Source: the human T2T-CHM13v2.0 reference genome, Homo sapiens. From it: a stretch of DNA of 64,000 bases. A program made the translations under genes and the position numbers. Where the stretch lies: NCBI RefSeq assembly GCF_009914755.1, contig NC_060927.1; one strand, written 5' to 3'. Shown here piece after piece: positions 12,471-25,759 of this stretch. Under the pieces are notes generated by a model that made no database searches, had not been told where the DNA came from, and saw only the letters and a list, made by a program, of their open reading frames with translations. Position 1 is the first letter of the stretch, and every line of letters starts with the position of its first letter.

Positions 12471-12590
12471 GCCAGTTTAGAGCACCTGGGTTCCCAGGCA
12501 AGAAGCTGAGCAGGAGCCCAGTGCCCCTTATGCCAGTTTAGAGCACCTGGGTTCCGAGGCAAGAGGCTGAGCAGGAACCCAGTGCCCCTT
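12471..12590. repeat. 61-bp tandem duplication (2 copies)
   Basis: Units 12471-12531 and 12532-12590 differ at 3 positions. Confidence 0.95.
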
Positions 12591-12644
12591 CACTGCCCAT
12601 CTCCACATTCCTCTTCTCAGCTTCCCATGTTTTCTTTGCTCTGT

Positions 12645-12942
12645 TAAAAATAAATGAAGACACAGAATGGGGGGAAATATTTGCAAATCATGTATCTAGT
12701 AAGGGTCTAGTGTCCACAGTACATAAAGAACGCTCACAATTCAAAAATAATAAGGCAAATAACCCAATTTAAAAACAGGCAAGGTATCTGAGTAGATTTT
12801 TCTCCAAAGACAATCTACAAGTGGCCAATAAGCCCATGAAAAGATGCTCTCAACCTCACTAATCTTTAGGGAACTGTAAATCAAGACCGCAATACCACCT
12901 CACACTCACAAGGAAGGCCATAATAAAAAAGATGGACAAAAG
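12645..12942 (+). mobile_element. L1M (MB/ME-like) ORF2-end fragment
   Basis: GAAATATTTGCAAATCATGTATCT...TTTCTCCAAAGAC...GGCCAATAAGCCCATGAAAAGATGCTC. Confidence 0.85.
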
Positions 12943-14468
12943 TACCTATACATAGAGGGTTCTGGAAGGAGAAGAACACTAGGCTGCACTGCTCAAAGAC
13001 CACAGCCACATCTGGCATCTGTCATGGTTAGGGTAGGGGTAGGAAGCTGGGAGAGGATAGGGTACACATGACCCAGTTGATGGCAGAGGCAGCAGAAAAC
13101 TCCCACCCCTGTCTGAAGTGCTCTCTAAAAATAGACTGCAATAAATGGAGCCAAAATAATTCCCCCAGCCCAGCTGCTGGAGCACTCTGGGCACGGTCTT
13201 TGACAGCCTCACCATCCGGATTGTCCAAGAATTTCAGGCACTTCTCCAGGCCCAGGGCCCTGCCGCCCAGCAGGATGGTCTTGGCGACATTGTCTCGGCT
13301 GGGATTTAGAAGGGGATTGAATTTCGCTGTTAGCATTTGGAATACCAGATGATGGACACTCTGGAAACCAAATGCATCTTGATTCTCTTGTTTTATCTTT
13401 CTGCAAAGTGTGCCTCTTGCTCCTGCTCCGCTAACTGCCTTGCAGATTAATAATTTAGGGAACTGTGAGCAGAAGCAAGAAAAGTTCCAGCCTAGAGAGG
13501 CAGAGAAGGCCAATTTTTCTGCAGAAATGACCAGACTGGTCAGAATCCTTGCATGCACCATTCAGGCAAATTGCTTAGTTTTCTGAGTCTCAGTTTCTGC
13601 AACTGTAAAGAGTGGCTTAGCAGCCACCTCTACCCCAGCTAATTCACCTTGCTGTTTAATTTAATTTAGCAAGCATTAATTAGTACTTACTCTGAGGCCT
13701 CAGTGGGGAAACACTGCTGTGACAAGTATTCCCCAGTATGGTGTCGTGACAGTGGAGGAAAGAGCTTGTAATTCTGCCCCAGGAGAGGCTCTAATGGGGG
13801 GACATTTTGGGTTGGACCTTGAGGGATGAGGAGGGCCCCATGTATGGGGTCACAGGATGTAAAAAGTCATGGAGACGTTTAGTTCCACTGTATCACCCCA
13901 TGTTTTAGTCCTGAGCTGCTTGCCTTGGCCCATTTCACATGCTACAACCCGACTTTATCTCTATCCTCCCCAGCTTCTGATAGCCTCCAGTCTTTCCACA
14001 GCCTCCCTGCTTTCCTCCAGCCAGATGTGTGGCACTCTCCCAAAGCCCAGCCTTTGCAGCCCCTCTCTCCAAGCTGTCAGGATCAAGCCCAGCCTCCCTG
14101 CACAGCCAGCCTCGTGGCCTGGTTCATCTCTCCATCCCTTACCTCTCCTCCTGCCCACTCTATGCCTGCCACACCTCCAGCAACACTAAGCTTCTTTCAG
14201 TTCCCCACACTCCCCACTGTGCCTGGCTCACAGCTAGGACCTTGGTTTTCAGCTTCCTATGTCACTGCTCCCAGAAAGACACCCATGACCAGCGCCTAGT
14301 CCAAGTCAGAAACTCCTTTTACATGGCATCAGGTTACTCTGCACCTGCTTGCTTATACCAGTGAGCTGTATTCCAACTGCCAGGGCTGGTTCTATGTCCT
14401 TCCCTGCAGCAGCCCCTGTGCCGACAGTGGAGCCTGGTGCACAGAAGGTCTTCGACAGCTGAATACGC

Positions 14469-14695
14469 CAAAGGTTGGTAAACTATGGCCTGAGAGCCAA
14501 GTCCAGCCTGCTGCCTGTTTTTTTAAAATAAAGGTTTATTGGAACAGAGCCACGCTCATCCACTTATGTATTGTCAATGGCTTCTTCCATGCTATGATGA
14601 TGAAGTTAAACAGTTACAACAGACACATGACCTGCAAAACATACAATATTAATGCGCACATGCAGCCCTTCTCTGAAATAAATGAAGCTCTCCTG
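14469..14695 (+). mobile_element. MER58A (hAT-Charlie MITE)
   Basis: GGTAAACTATGGCCTGAGAGCCAAGTCCAGCCTGCTGCCTGTTTTT...ATAAAGGTTTATTGGAACAGAGCCACGC follows the MER58A consensus as I recall it. Confidence 0.85.
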
Positions 14696-14889
14696 AGGCA
14701 GTCTTACATTGGCTCCAACTACCCTGGCAAACCCCCTGCGTGTTCAGCCAGACACCCCATGCAAGAGCAGAATCCAAACATGGGGGAAGACAGTGACTGA
14801 AATGATAGGGCTGGGCCAGATGATCCTCAGATGAGATGGCCACAAGATGGGATGCACTGTTGGGAACGAATCCTACAGCGCCGCCTGCC

Positions 14890-15190
14890 CATGTGCACAT
14901 AGAGGCATGCCCAAGGATATTAATTATTTGAAAAAGCAGAACTCGGGAGGAAACGTGCAATGCCTCTCAATGCAGACTGGTTAAGTAAATTGTATTACAC
15001 CCATCAATGGAGTCCCATGTTAAAAAGATGGCAGCAGCATCTTGCATACTTATAGGAAAAGATCTGAGACACAACATTGTGATAGAAAGTCCAGAAAAAT
15101 GTGAAGTGTATTTATAAAAGAATCTACAGAACACTAGTATGCTTATATAAGATTGTATAATCATAGATTACTTCTTAAAAGAGACCCAAG
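14890..15190 (+). mobile_element. L1ME-like fragment
   Basis: GACTGGTTAAGTAAATTGT...CCCATCAATGGA...GGAAAAGATCT; highly diverged. Confidence 0.6.
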
Positions 15191-15191
15191 A

Positions 15192-15257
15192 GTGCCATTG
15201 CACTCCAGCCTGGGAGACAGAGCGAGACTCTGTACCCTCCTCCAACACCAAAAAAAA
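15192..15257 (+). mobile_element. Alu 3' fragment
   Basis: GTGCCATTGCACTCCAGCCTGGGAGACAGAGCGAGACTCTGT. Confidence 0.85.
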
Positions 15258-15300
15258 TTTTTTAAACAAGTGTTTGTTACTTTTTAAAAACCCAGTTATG

Positions 15301-15573
15301 GGCCAGGTGTGGTGGCTCACCCAAAGTCAGGAGTTCGAGACCAGCCTGGCCAACATGGCGAAACCCCATCTCTACTAAAAATACAAAAATTAGCTGGGCG
15401 TGGTGGTGGGTGCCTGTAATCCCAGCTACTCAGGAGGCTGAGGCAGGAGAATCACTTGAACGCAGGAGGCAGAGGAGCCGAGATCGTGCCACTGCACTCC
15501 AGCCCTGGCAACAGGGTGAGACTCCATCTCAAAACAAACAAACAAACAAACAAACAAACAAACAAAAACAAAA
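15301..15573 (+). mobile_element. AluS with internal deletions, (CAAA)n tail
   Basis: Alu arms present; TSD CCAGTTATG at 15292 and 15576. Confidence 0.95.
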
Positions 15574-15634
15574 GGCCAGTTATGGATTGGACTGGAACCA
15601 ATGCAATTTTTTTTTTTTTTTAATGTGCCAGTGA

Positions 15635-15842
15635 AGCCTGGGCAACATGTCAAAATCCCATCTCTACAAAAAAACAGAAAAAGTAGCTAGGCATGATGGC
15701 ATGTGCCTGTAGTCGCAGCTACTCAGGAGGCTGAGGTGGGAGGATCACCCGAGTGTAGGAAGGTCAAGGCTGTGGTGAGCTGTGATTGTGCCACTGCACT
15801 CCTGCCTGGATGACAGACTGAGATCCTGTCACAAAAAAAAAA
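15635..15842 (+). mobile_element. 5'-truncated AluJ
   Basis: GGTGGGAGGATCAC...GGTCAAGGCTG; TSD GCCAGTGAA at 15627 and 15843. Confidence 0.9.
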
Positions 15843-16283
15843 GCCAGTGAAATGAAGAAATCAAGGGACTGAAGGTCTTCTGACATCTTCTAGGAGGCTC
15901 TGAAGCCCACCAGAACTAGTCCACAAAGACCCCAAACGCTTGATGGTACTTAAGCCACCTCTTGGGCCACTCCAGGTTCCTCGTCTTTCAAGCAGGTTGT
16001 GTCTTACTGACAACCACAAAAATCGATAAGACTGGTGGTGTAGCACATTTTGAGCTTCTGCTCAGTGTCTGTTAACCACCACTATGTTACCATTCATCTT
16101 ACGAAATGAGCATTCCCCCATCACAGCCAGAATGCTGGGTCTGCGAGGGAGCTCTGCGGCTGCCACTTAGCCCCAAATCCTCATTTTACAGACAGGGAAA
16201 CTGAGGTCCAGAGAGGTGGAGGGATGTGCCCCAGAACTATAAACACTGACACTGACCCGAGGCTTCATGCCACACTGGCCACC

Positions 16284-16325
16284 ACAATACAGCACCCAGC
16301 CTGGACAATACAGCATCCAGCCTGG
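16284..16325. repeat. 21-bp tandem duplication
   Basis: ACAATACAGCACCCAGCCTGG / ACAATACAGCATCCAGCCTGG. Confidence 0.9.
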
Positions 16326-17159
16326 GCGGGTGTGTTTTAAGACCATCATTCTCATCCAAATATGGAATAGAACCTATTCCTAAGACTGTTAGATGCAGTA
16401 AAAAGCCAGAGACAGCTGCATGGAACACAGCACTCTATAGAGTGGCACCTCAGGGAAGCCAGCCCATCCCCCAGAACAGAAATGTTTCCAGATAAATAAA
16501 GCTGTTCTTACCAAGTGCCAAATTATCTTTAAAATTCCAACCATTTTCCACAGAAACCACTTGTGAATTTGGGACGTGCCATATCTTACTAAACAAAGTA
16601 AACGGAATGAACTAGGGATTGCTGGAGGTGGTATAGGGTTGTCCACCCTGACCTAGGCTTCTGGCCCGGGTTTCCTACGTGACACTGAACTGCTCAGGCA
16701 CCACACCTGCATTGTAATCCAGCTCCTGCCTGTCTTTTCAGCCTCATTCCCAGCTATGATCCCTGCAACGCAGCCACTCCCAGAATGCACCCTGCACTTC
16801 CCAGCCCCAGTGCCTTTGCTTATCCTGTTTCCACGTCCTGGGTTGTTGCTTCATTTGATTGGCAATCTCTTATTCAACCTTCAAAGCCCAGCTCAAATGT
16901 CCCCTTCTCTTTGAGACCTCCCCTAATCCCTCTACCCCCAGGCAGAGCAAGAACCCCTTACTTAAGACTGTGGGCACCTCGACGGTAGGGAACATTGCGC
17001 TCCATGCACCTTCCTGGTGGTGGGGCCCAGACACTGCCATTGTCCTGTGTAACTGGCCTGGTTCCAGACAGCTACCACAGCCCTAGGGAAATTCATCCCA
17101 ACTACAATGGTACTTGGGTTGGCCAAGACCCAACCATGACAGTAAGATTAAAGCAGCCT

Positions 17160-17279
17160 TACCCCATTTACCCTGATGTGATTATTAGGCATTGCATGCC
17201 TATATCAAAATATCTCATGTGACCCACAAATATATACACCTACTGTGTACCCACAAAAATTAAAAATTAAATAAACAAA
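17160..17279 (+). mobile_element. L1MA1-3-like extreme 3' end
   Basis: ACCCCATTTACCCTGATGTGATTATT...ATATATACACCTACTGTGTACCCACAAAAATTAAAAATTAAA. Confidence 0.88.
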
Positions 17280-18949
17280 GTGGCTTTAATGTTAAAGTCT
17301 GATGGAGCCACCAAGACCCAGTGCTGCCCACCCATTGTTCAGATGAGGCAGCTGAGGCTCACAGAAGCAGGGAGCACTTCCCCAGATCATGTGGGGACAC
17401 ATCCAAGAACTGGTTATCTGGCTTCCTTTCCCCAGCTCCTTCTGCACTGCTAAAACCTAAGACCCGTCGTGGTTTGAGGTGTCAGGAGGCTCTGTTTTCT
17501 TGTGGTCTTTAGATGAATAAAAATTAGACGCAGCTGTTATGGTGCCATTAGTTGACAAACGGACTCACCTGCTGAGGATGCATGGGAAAGACCCTGAGGG
17601 AAGGGCTGCAATAAAGAACCACTGCAGCTAGGCCACAGTGTCCCCCGCAAGGAGAAATGAAACCCAGCACGGGTATAGGTGGCTCTGCCAGGGCTCTGAG
17701 GAGCCTGGCACATGATGGGTGCTCAGTGGTTGGTGAGGGTTTTCTTTAGCACACAAAACAGCCAGGAATGGTCACCTCCTCCAAGAAGCCCTCCAAGCCC
17801 GGATCCCCAGAGCACTCCATGATTCTAGGTCCTCGGTGACCAATGTAACCCCTGCCACACAGGGAATGCTGGTCTGTTGTAAACGTGAAAGAAGGTGGTG
17901 AGAATATGCTTGCCGCATCCCTCATCAGTCTGGCTGCTCCTGTGGACACAACCCATCCCTCCTGGTCCCCCTGCAGAGCCTAGTTGGGTGAGCTGGACTG
18001 CCTCTCCCAAATCCAGGGGCAGGGCCCGCGAAGAACAGTCCTGTGGTGTCTTAAGGGCAGCTACTTGAGTTATGGGTCTCTATTCAAGTGGAAGGGAAAT
18101 GGCCATTTGCCAGCCTTCCTGCAGGATTCAAGGGGCAAGACAACTTCAGGAGGAAATTCCACTGAGCTGCTGCCTCTATCGGTAGAGGACCGTTCCCTAA
18201 ACTCCCCCCAACACACTGCTATCACCCTTCCCATTTAGGTGCCTGCCAGCCCCAGCTGACGATCAAAAATGCCCCCACTTCAGCCCTTCATACTCATCCC
18301 TCCTTCCCTGGTAGGTGGCGCAGGGAGCCACAGCAGCACCCTCAGGGAGGGAGGACACTTATGCTGGGTGGGCTTGGCCCCCTGGGGCACAGCTCCTGGA
18401 ACAGGGCTCCAGGCCCTTGCAGCTGTCGCCCCTGAGCTCTGTCCCCCGTGTCCACTCTCTGTGCCCCAGATAGAAGAGGCAGGCCTGTGGGCAGCAGGCC
18501 CAGCAGATATCCCAGCCCCGCTATGTGACCTCACACAGTTACTCTGCTTCCCAGGGCCTCAGCATCTTCAGCCTCAAAGTGGGGACAGTGCCACCTTCCT
18601 TTCAGGCGCAGTGTGAGGCTTGGCAATGACACCCATGACTGCCTAGCCAGGGCCAGGCACACGGCAGCCCTTCAGAGCCTGCAAGTTCCTCCCCTTGCTT
18701 CACTATGGCCCTGGCACCTTGTACGGGGGCAAAAGTGCAAGAGGAGCCAAGGTGTGTTGAGTGAGTAAGCACCTTTTCCAGCCATTGGCTGCGTCCCATA
18801 GTGGGGATGCTCATGGCTTACGGAGGCTCCATGTTCTGGAGCATGATCTTGAATCTTGGGCAAGTGGTTTGGTCTTCCTAAGCCTCCTTTCCCAACTCTC
18901 TGCCTCTTCTTGCCTCTTCCTGCAGCCTCCTCTCACAGGGCACACAGTC

Positions 18950-19370
18950 TGGACCAGGCACTTTACAGAAGTGTCCACACTTAATCCTCAACAACCTTCC
19001 ATTTTACAGATACACTGAGACTCAGAGAGGTTGAATAACTTATGTAAGGCCACACAGCTAGTGCCTGGCTGGATCAGGGATTTGAGCCCAGGTCCATTTG
19101 GTCCCCAAACCATGAACTTAACCATGAAGCTCCACAGTCCCTCTTTCCCCATATCCAAGGTGCTTATTGAATGCAGGTTCTGTGCTAAATGCATGACAGG
19201 TTGTCTCATTTAAGCTTCACAATGGAACTCTAAGGTAGGGACTATTCTATCTTCTCATCCAGAAAAAGAAACCAAGGCTCAGAAAGATTAAAGAATTTGT
19301 TTAAGGGCAAACAGCTAGTGAGGGATGAGAACCCAGGACTGAGTCCCAAGTTCATTCTTACAACACTATT
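18950..19370 (-). mobile_element. Two tandem MIR SINEs
   Basis: TTAATCCTCAACAACC...CCATTTTACAGATACACTGAGACTCAGAGAGGTT; second copy with GAAACCAAGGCTCAGAAAG. Confidence 0.8.
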
Positions 19371-20574
19371 CCATCTGACCTTCAAGGCCCAGGAGGAAGA
19401 CCTCTGCGGGAAGAAAGTCTCTGCCTTAGCTGATGTGTGAGTAACCAAAGCAACCTTGGCATCTGCCCCCCAACGGCTGCAGAGGCAGACTCCTGGCTCG
19501 GCTCCCTTCTTGGCTGTATAGCCTTGGGCGTCACTTCTCTGAGCCTCAGTTTCCTCCTCTGTGAAATGGAACTGAATAATCTATGTCTCTTAGGTTGCTG
19601 AAAAGAATTCAGTGAGCCATCCGGTGCTGGGCCTGAGCGGTGCTCTGCTTACACCCAGCCTGCTCCCTGAACCCCACTCCCAGAGTGTACACCACTCCCC
19701 GCTCCCTTTGCTGTACTCTCCTCCTGGGGTCTGCCCCTGGCCCTCTGGAAGGGAGTGACACTGGGGAAAAGCAGGAGGGGGGCAGCAGTGGCCGCCCCAG
19801 GAGGGACTCTGCCAGCCCTGCTGAGCACACCCCACAAGCCCAGGTGGGGTCACAGTGGGGAAGCGGTCCTTGCCTTTTCCCCACCTCTTCCCCGGCTGCC
19901 TGCGCCTCACCATTCCTCACTCAAGGAAGCACATCCTCCGGTGGAGCCAACACTCACAGGGTCCCTTACAGATCCCCCTGGGAGCCTGGGACCAGAGCAG
20001 AATTGGGTTCTGCAGCTTCCAAGCCCCACCCTCAGGCATAGAGTCTGGGAGACAGACCTCATACATGAAGGGCTCTACGACAATACATGTATGTTCTGTC
20101 ACTTCTTCCTCGGGACCTTCCTGAACCTTCGTCCACATTCTCTCTGTCTCATCGATTCCCTTTAAAGCCCATCTCACAGTCCATCATTATCTGGCTTAAT
20201 CACTTATGTACTCACTGTCACTTCCACCAGAAAGTAGCTCTGCAACTTTGTTCATTTGCCACTGTATCCCCTGCCGTCTATAGCAGGTGCTCAATAAATG
20301 TCTGCTGGACAGGTGAATCATGTTGATCCAGATTCACTCTAGTTCAGGGACCACCCACAGGGCTAAGGTAGGTCTCCTTCCCTCTCCCCATGCTTATCCT
20401 TGTCTCAATCTCAGCAATTCCCTGCACCCCACCCCTCTTTATACCATAGAGAGATTCTGGAAGGGCTGGAAAATGGTTTTTCAAAATCACTGATTCTCAT
20501 CTCTAGTGTGCTAGGAGAGCTCAGTATTTAAAGGAACCCATCAGCTAAAGATTTTATTTAAAAAGGAGGCGTCA

Positions 20575-20887
<313 letters not shown>

Positions 20888-21807
20888 CTATCCCGTTGGC
20901 AAAACGAATGGCCATCCTTGGTATACTTCGGTTTCTTTCCTGGTAGCTTTACCAAAACTGGGGCTTATCTGCATATGAAAATGGGTGGAGAAACTGAGGG
21001 AATGTAGAAAAAATACAGAGAGAAAGCTGCAAGGGCTTGCCCTCCTTCAGAACATCTCACCTGGATGTCACTGGCTTAGACACCGTGGCAGGGCCGGGGC
21101 TGCATTCCTGGTAGCTGTTGGGGAGACAGCCTGCTGCCTTTTATGTAGTGAGTTCACACCAAAGAACAGCTACCAAGGGAATGCAGGGCCTCTGCTGTAA
21201 TGAATAGATACGTTCATTTATAATAAGTGCTGGGTTCACCTGTTTTGTAAATGGATGCCATTAAGTGCTCCTAAATCAACAGCGTCTCCTAAGTGAGTTA
21301 AACATCCCTTTTTGCAGTCGTCTTTATGTTACTGATTTAAACAACACCTTCTTTTGTCCCAGTGGAAGGAAGACCTGACCCAACTCCACTGATTGAGAAT
21401 TAATGGAGGCAGGACATGTGTGACGTGTGATTCACTGTTTGAATAAATCTGTCATTGAGAATGTGTGCATTCCTGAATGTGCTCAATAACTTCCCAGCAT
21501 ACCTTCCCACCTACTATGTGTTAGGCACTAGGCATCTCAGAGGCTGCAGATGTGGGCCCTGCCCTCAGGAAACTCGGTTGGGTAAGGGGAGTGAAAGTAA
21601 TTCACAATTGGCGTCAACTACATTCCTGCATGAGTTCACATAATCCTGACAGAAATTCTACAAGGTGCGGATTGTTTTCTGATTTATCACAGAGGCCTTG
21701 AAGCCTAGAGAAGGTAAGTAATTTGCACTAAGACACACAGCCCATGTGATGAAGCTGGGATTAGAGCCCAGTAGGCTGACACTCAGCCTGTGTTCCTTGC
21801 ACTCCAA

Positions 21808-21892
21808 CAGTTGTCCTCAAAGTGGGGTCCTAGAAACAGCAGCAGCAGCAGCCTCAGCTGGGAATCATTTGAAATGCAAATTCCCACCCCCC
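21808..21892. mobile_element. MER5A-like fragment
   Basis: CAGTTGTCCTCAAAGTGGGGTCC...AGCAGC...CTGGGAA...GAAATGCAAATT. Confidence 0.65.
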
Positions 21893-21935
21893 AGATGACT
21901 GTAATACCTGCAGCAGTTTAAGAATCTTTGCACAG

Positions 21936-22273
<338 letters not shown>

Positions 22274-24684
22274 CTAAAGCCACTAAATGCAGTAATAGGA
22301 GCAACCTGGTAGACAGGCAGGAATGATTGCTAGCTGGTGGATTAGTCATTCAGGGAAGGCTTCCTGTAGGAGGTGATGCCTGTCTTGGGATTTGTGGCAT
22401 GAATGGGAATTCACCGGGTGGCCCAGCAGGATAAAGGCATTGCAGGTACATGAAGTGGCAAGGGCAAAGGCTTGGTTAACTTGGAAAATATTCCTGTAGT
22501 TCTGCATCTACATGGGGCATGAAGTGTGGGGATGGGTGCGCTGTGGGGCATGAGGCCAGTGGACCGAGCAGGAGCTTCATCCTGTGAGGGTGTAAGCAGG
22601 AGTGGGAGTGACCTGGGTTTAGTTTTCCCAACAACCACATAGCACCTGTATACATTCCAATTACTTAACGCTCTTCATTCTATCAAGAAAACTTTATATC
22701 TGCTCCACAAGTGAAAAGCCAGCCTCACTAAGCATAAATTGAATTTTCCCATGAAAATAAATCAACAAAAACAAAATGCTGTTATAAACTCCTGCTTTGA
22801 TCCTGTTATCAGCCCCATCCCTGAGGCCTGCTGTGTTTTGTTTACAACACAGATTAGCAAGCACAGAGAATCCACATGACAGGACGCCGCCAATAAAACA
22901 GAAGCATGCTTTTTATATCCTGATAGGGACTGAGATACAAGACATAGTGCTACATGAAAAAGGTAAGCTGAAGAATGCTGGATTTGGGTTACAAAAAAGG
23001 CGGACACATGCACGCAGCACGCGCACACACACACTCTAAGATGTCCCTGGACAGCGGTTGTCTCTGGGGAGGGGAATGGGACGTGGAAGGGCGTGGCGCA
23101 TAGCTCACTGTGTACCCTTCTGTATGTTTAACTGTTGAACCATGACTGTATTACTCCCTATATAATCAATACATTGCATTAAGCCTTTGTGGGTGATAAA
23201 GAGACATTAAAGGTCTGTCAGCATGCCGACCCTCCTGTCTGATGTCATCAGAAGGGCGGAAAGAGCACCGGAAGGAGAACTCTCTCTCATGTTCCAGGTG
23301 GTATGCTCCATGTCACCAAGAGCTGAGCCTGTGCCTCACCCGGAATCGTTTCGCGGCCTGGATCTCATACTTCCTGAAACCCTGCTTGGTGGGTAACAAG
23401 GATCTAAGAATCCATTTTGCGCAACAAGAAACAGCATACTCAAGCGAGAAATGATTTCCCGACTACCTGAGGTGGGGGAAGGCAGCCTGGTGCCAGGGGC
23501 ATGCAGCTGGAGGCCTCCACGTCCTGTTCCACTCTTCCTGGGAACAAGACTTGGCTGCTGCCCCACTGTGTGCCTCCTGAGCTGTGCAGAGAGAAGGAGA
23601 GGCGCTTGGGCCCAGGAGCACCTTCTGCACAGGGCAGGTGTAAGGGGCTGCACCTCTGTTATCTCCTGTAATGCTCCCACCACCCCTTCAAGTGGGCCCT
23701 CTTAGTCCATAGGAAACAGAGGCACAGAGGGGTTAAATGACTCACCTCCAGGCCACTCAGCTGGTGGTGGCAGAGCTGGGAATCCAACCTGTTTGCCCAT
23801 GCACTGGTGACAAAGTCTAGGAGCCCCTGAGCCAAGTCAGCCTTTGGCTGGTACAAGAACCTGACCCCACGAACTAAAAGTCTTCAGTCTTGAGACCCAG
23901 ACGGACCACTTCAGGCTCCTGGAGTTGATCCATGATGAGCATCCCTCATGCAACACAATCCACAGACAATTGTTTCTCTAGCAATTTCCATAAATAACTG
24001 TAATTTATGTGTTAATAGCAAAGATATCAAGGTTTGGAACCCCCTGGAGTGTTAGGAACATGATTTGTAACTACAAACACACAACAATTTGTTCAACATG
24101 CCAGCTACATCTTCAGTAATTACTACCCTGGTTAAGGATAATTCCACATTCAATGCCCTGCCATGCACGGGGAGGGGAGATCAGGAGGGAGGGGCTGGGA
24201 TGGGACCTTGCCTGTGTTCCTCACTTCCTCGAGGCCCTTTCCTCTTCCTAAGAGCCCTTCTGTTCTCTCCTGTTTTGGGCCTCGTCTGGTCCTCCAGGCA
24301 TTTGGACCTGGTGAGCCTCTCACTGTCCAGCCCTGCCTGCAGGGACCCAAGTAGGGCTGCGTGGATGCTCCTTCCTGGGAGGAGCACTGTGAGCAGCGTG
24401 ACAACCATGGCTGTCTTAGCCGATCCTGCCTCTTGACCTCAGGAGGGACCCTGCTCCATTATACTCCTTCCCTCTGCACTTTGGTGAGAGGAGCCAATCA
24501 ATTCTCCCTTCCTCTAAGCAGTGTTCAGGTGAGTTTCTGTCAACTGCAACCCAAGTGTCCTGAGAGATCAATGCAGGATGGAAGCTCGCCTCATCTGATG
24601 GATGAACGAGGCCCCACAGCAGCCACTCCAAGGGCAGCAGAGGGGTGAGGCTTGGCGGGGTCGTGCTTAGGGGGAGCAGGAGCC

Positions 24685-24860
24685 AGCCAGACCTGGGTTT
24701 GAATCCTGGCTCTGCCACTTCCTAGCTGTGTTGCTTTGGGCAAATCACAGAAACTCTGAACTTCAAATTCCTTCCCTATAGATGAGGATAGTAATATCTA
24801 CCTTGTAGGGCTAAGTCATTGATAAAGTTAGCTATACAAGGTGTCAGACTGTGTGTATGG
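24685..24860 (+). mobile_element. MIR SINE
   Basis: CAGACCTGGGTTTGAATCCTGGCTCTGCCACTTCCTAGCTGTGTTGCTTTGGGCAAATCAC. Confidence 0.85.
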
Positions 24861-24879
24861 CATTGCCACATTTGTGTTT

Positions 24880-25170
24880 AAAAATGGGGGGATAACATTT
24901 GTTTCTAGGCATTTGCTTATGTATATGTGAAACTCTGGAATCGGACACAAGAAACTAATAACACGAGACATCTCTGGGGGGGAGAACCGGCTGCTGGGGG
25001 ACTAGTGTTGTTTCGTCACAATTCCCCCGTTCCCTTTCACTCCCCAAGTAGAAACAACAGGGGGAACTTTTCACCATATACCCTTTTGTATCTTTTGAAT
25101 TGTAAACCATGTAAATAAACATGTTAGAAACATAGACAAAGCTAGATAAAAAATTACCATTAAAATTATT
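24880..25170 (+). mobile_element. L1ME-like 3' fragment
   Basis: CTCTGGAATCGGACACAAGAAACTAATAACA...TTTCACCATATACCCTTTTGTATCTTTTGAATTGTAAACCATGT. Confidence 0.7.
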
Positions 25171-25617
25171 CTTTATCATAAAGAATTGTGAAGTATGATT
25201 GTAGAATTAGCTGTGAAATCTCTCTCTCATATATACATGCTAATGCCAGGCTGACAAAGGACACCCGGAAGAGCTAGCTGTGGAGGACCCGCCTCCTGCT
25301 GCCTGTCCCCTCTGCAGCAGCTTGGTGAGCCTCGAGTCCGCCATGGGGTCAGGAGCCGGGTGAGACCAGCCCGCATCCTCTTCCCCATCTGCACCCTGAG
25401 CACTTGCCTCCTGGCATCCCACAAGGGGCCACTGCTGCCTGTTCCATAGATGGGGACACTAAGACCCCAGGTCACAGGCTGCAACTGGAGATCCCCAGAC
25501 AGCTCTGGCCCCAGATGGTTTCTGTGTGACCTGAGCTGGATTTGGGGCTTCCTGTGAAAGCTGGATGCACTGCCACATGGGGCCCACATGAGTTCCTGCC
25601 TGCCCACCTGGGACTGG

Positions 25618-25628
25618 TGCTGAGTCAC
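25618..25628 (-). promoter_or_regulatory. Consensus ARE / CNC-sMAF motif
   Basis: TGCTGAGTCAC (reverse GTGACTCAGCA); motif match only. Confidence 0.4.
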
Positions 25629-25759
25629 TGTGGTGCCCTGTTAGCAGGTTAAGCACTGTTCTGCCAAAATCCCCCCCATTCTCTTTTGCGCCCCATATTG
25701 GAACCCACCATCAGTTGTCCTTTAGCATTTTATCAAACACGCTTAAAAAAAGTATAGGC

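Noticed and set aside
12471-12590. GTTTAGAGC in repeated units resembling a type II CRISPR repeat
   Set aside because: Only two adjacent copies, no variable spacers, no cas genes, eukaryotic context.
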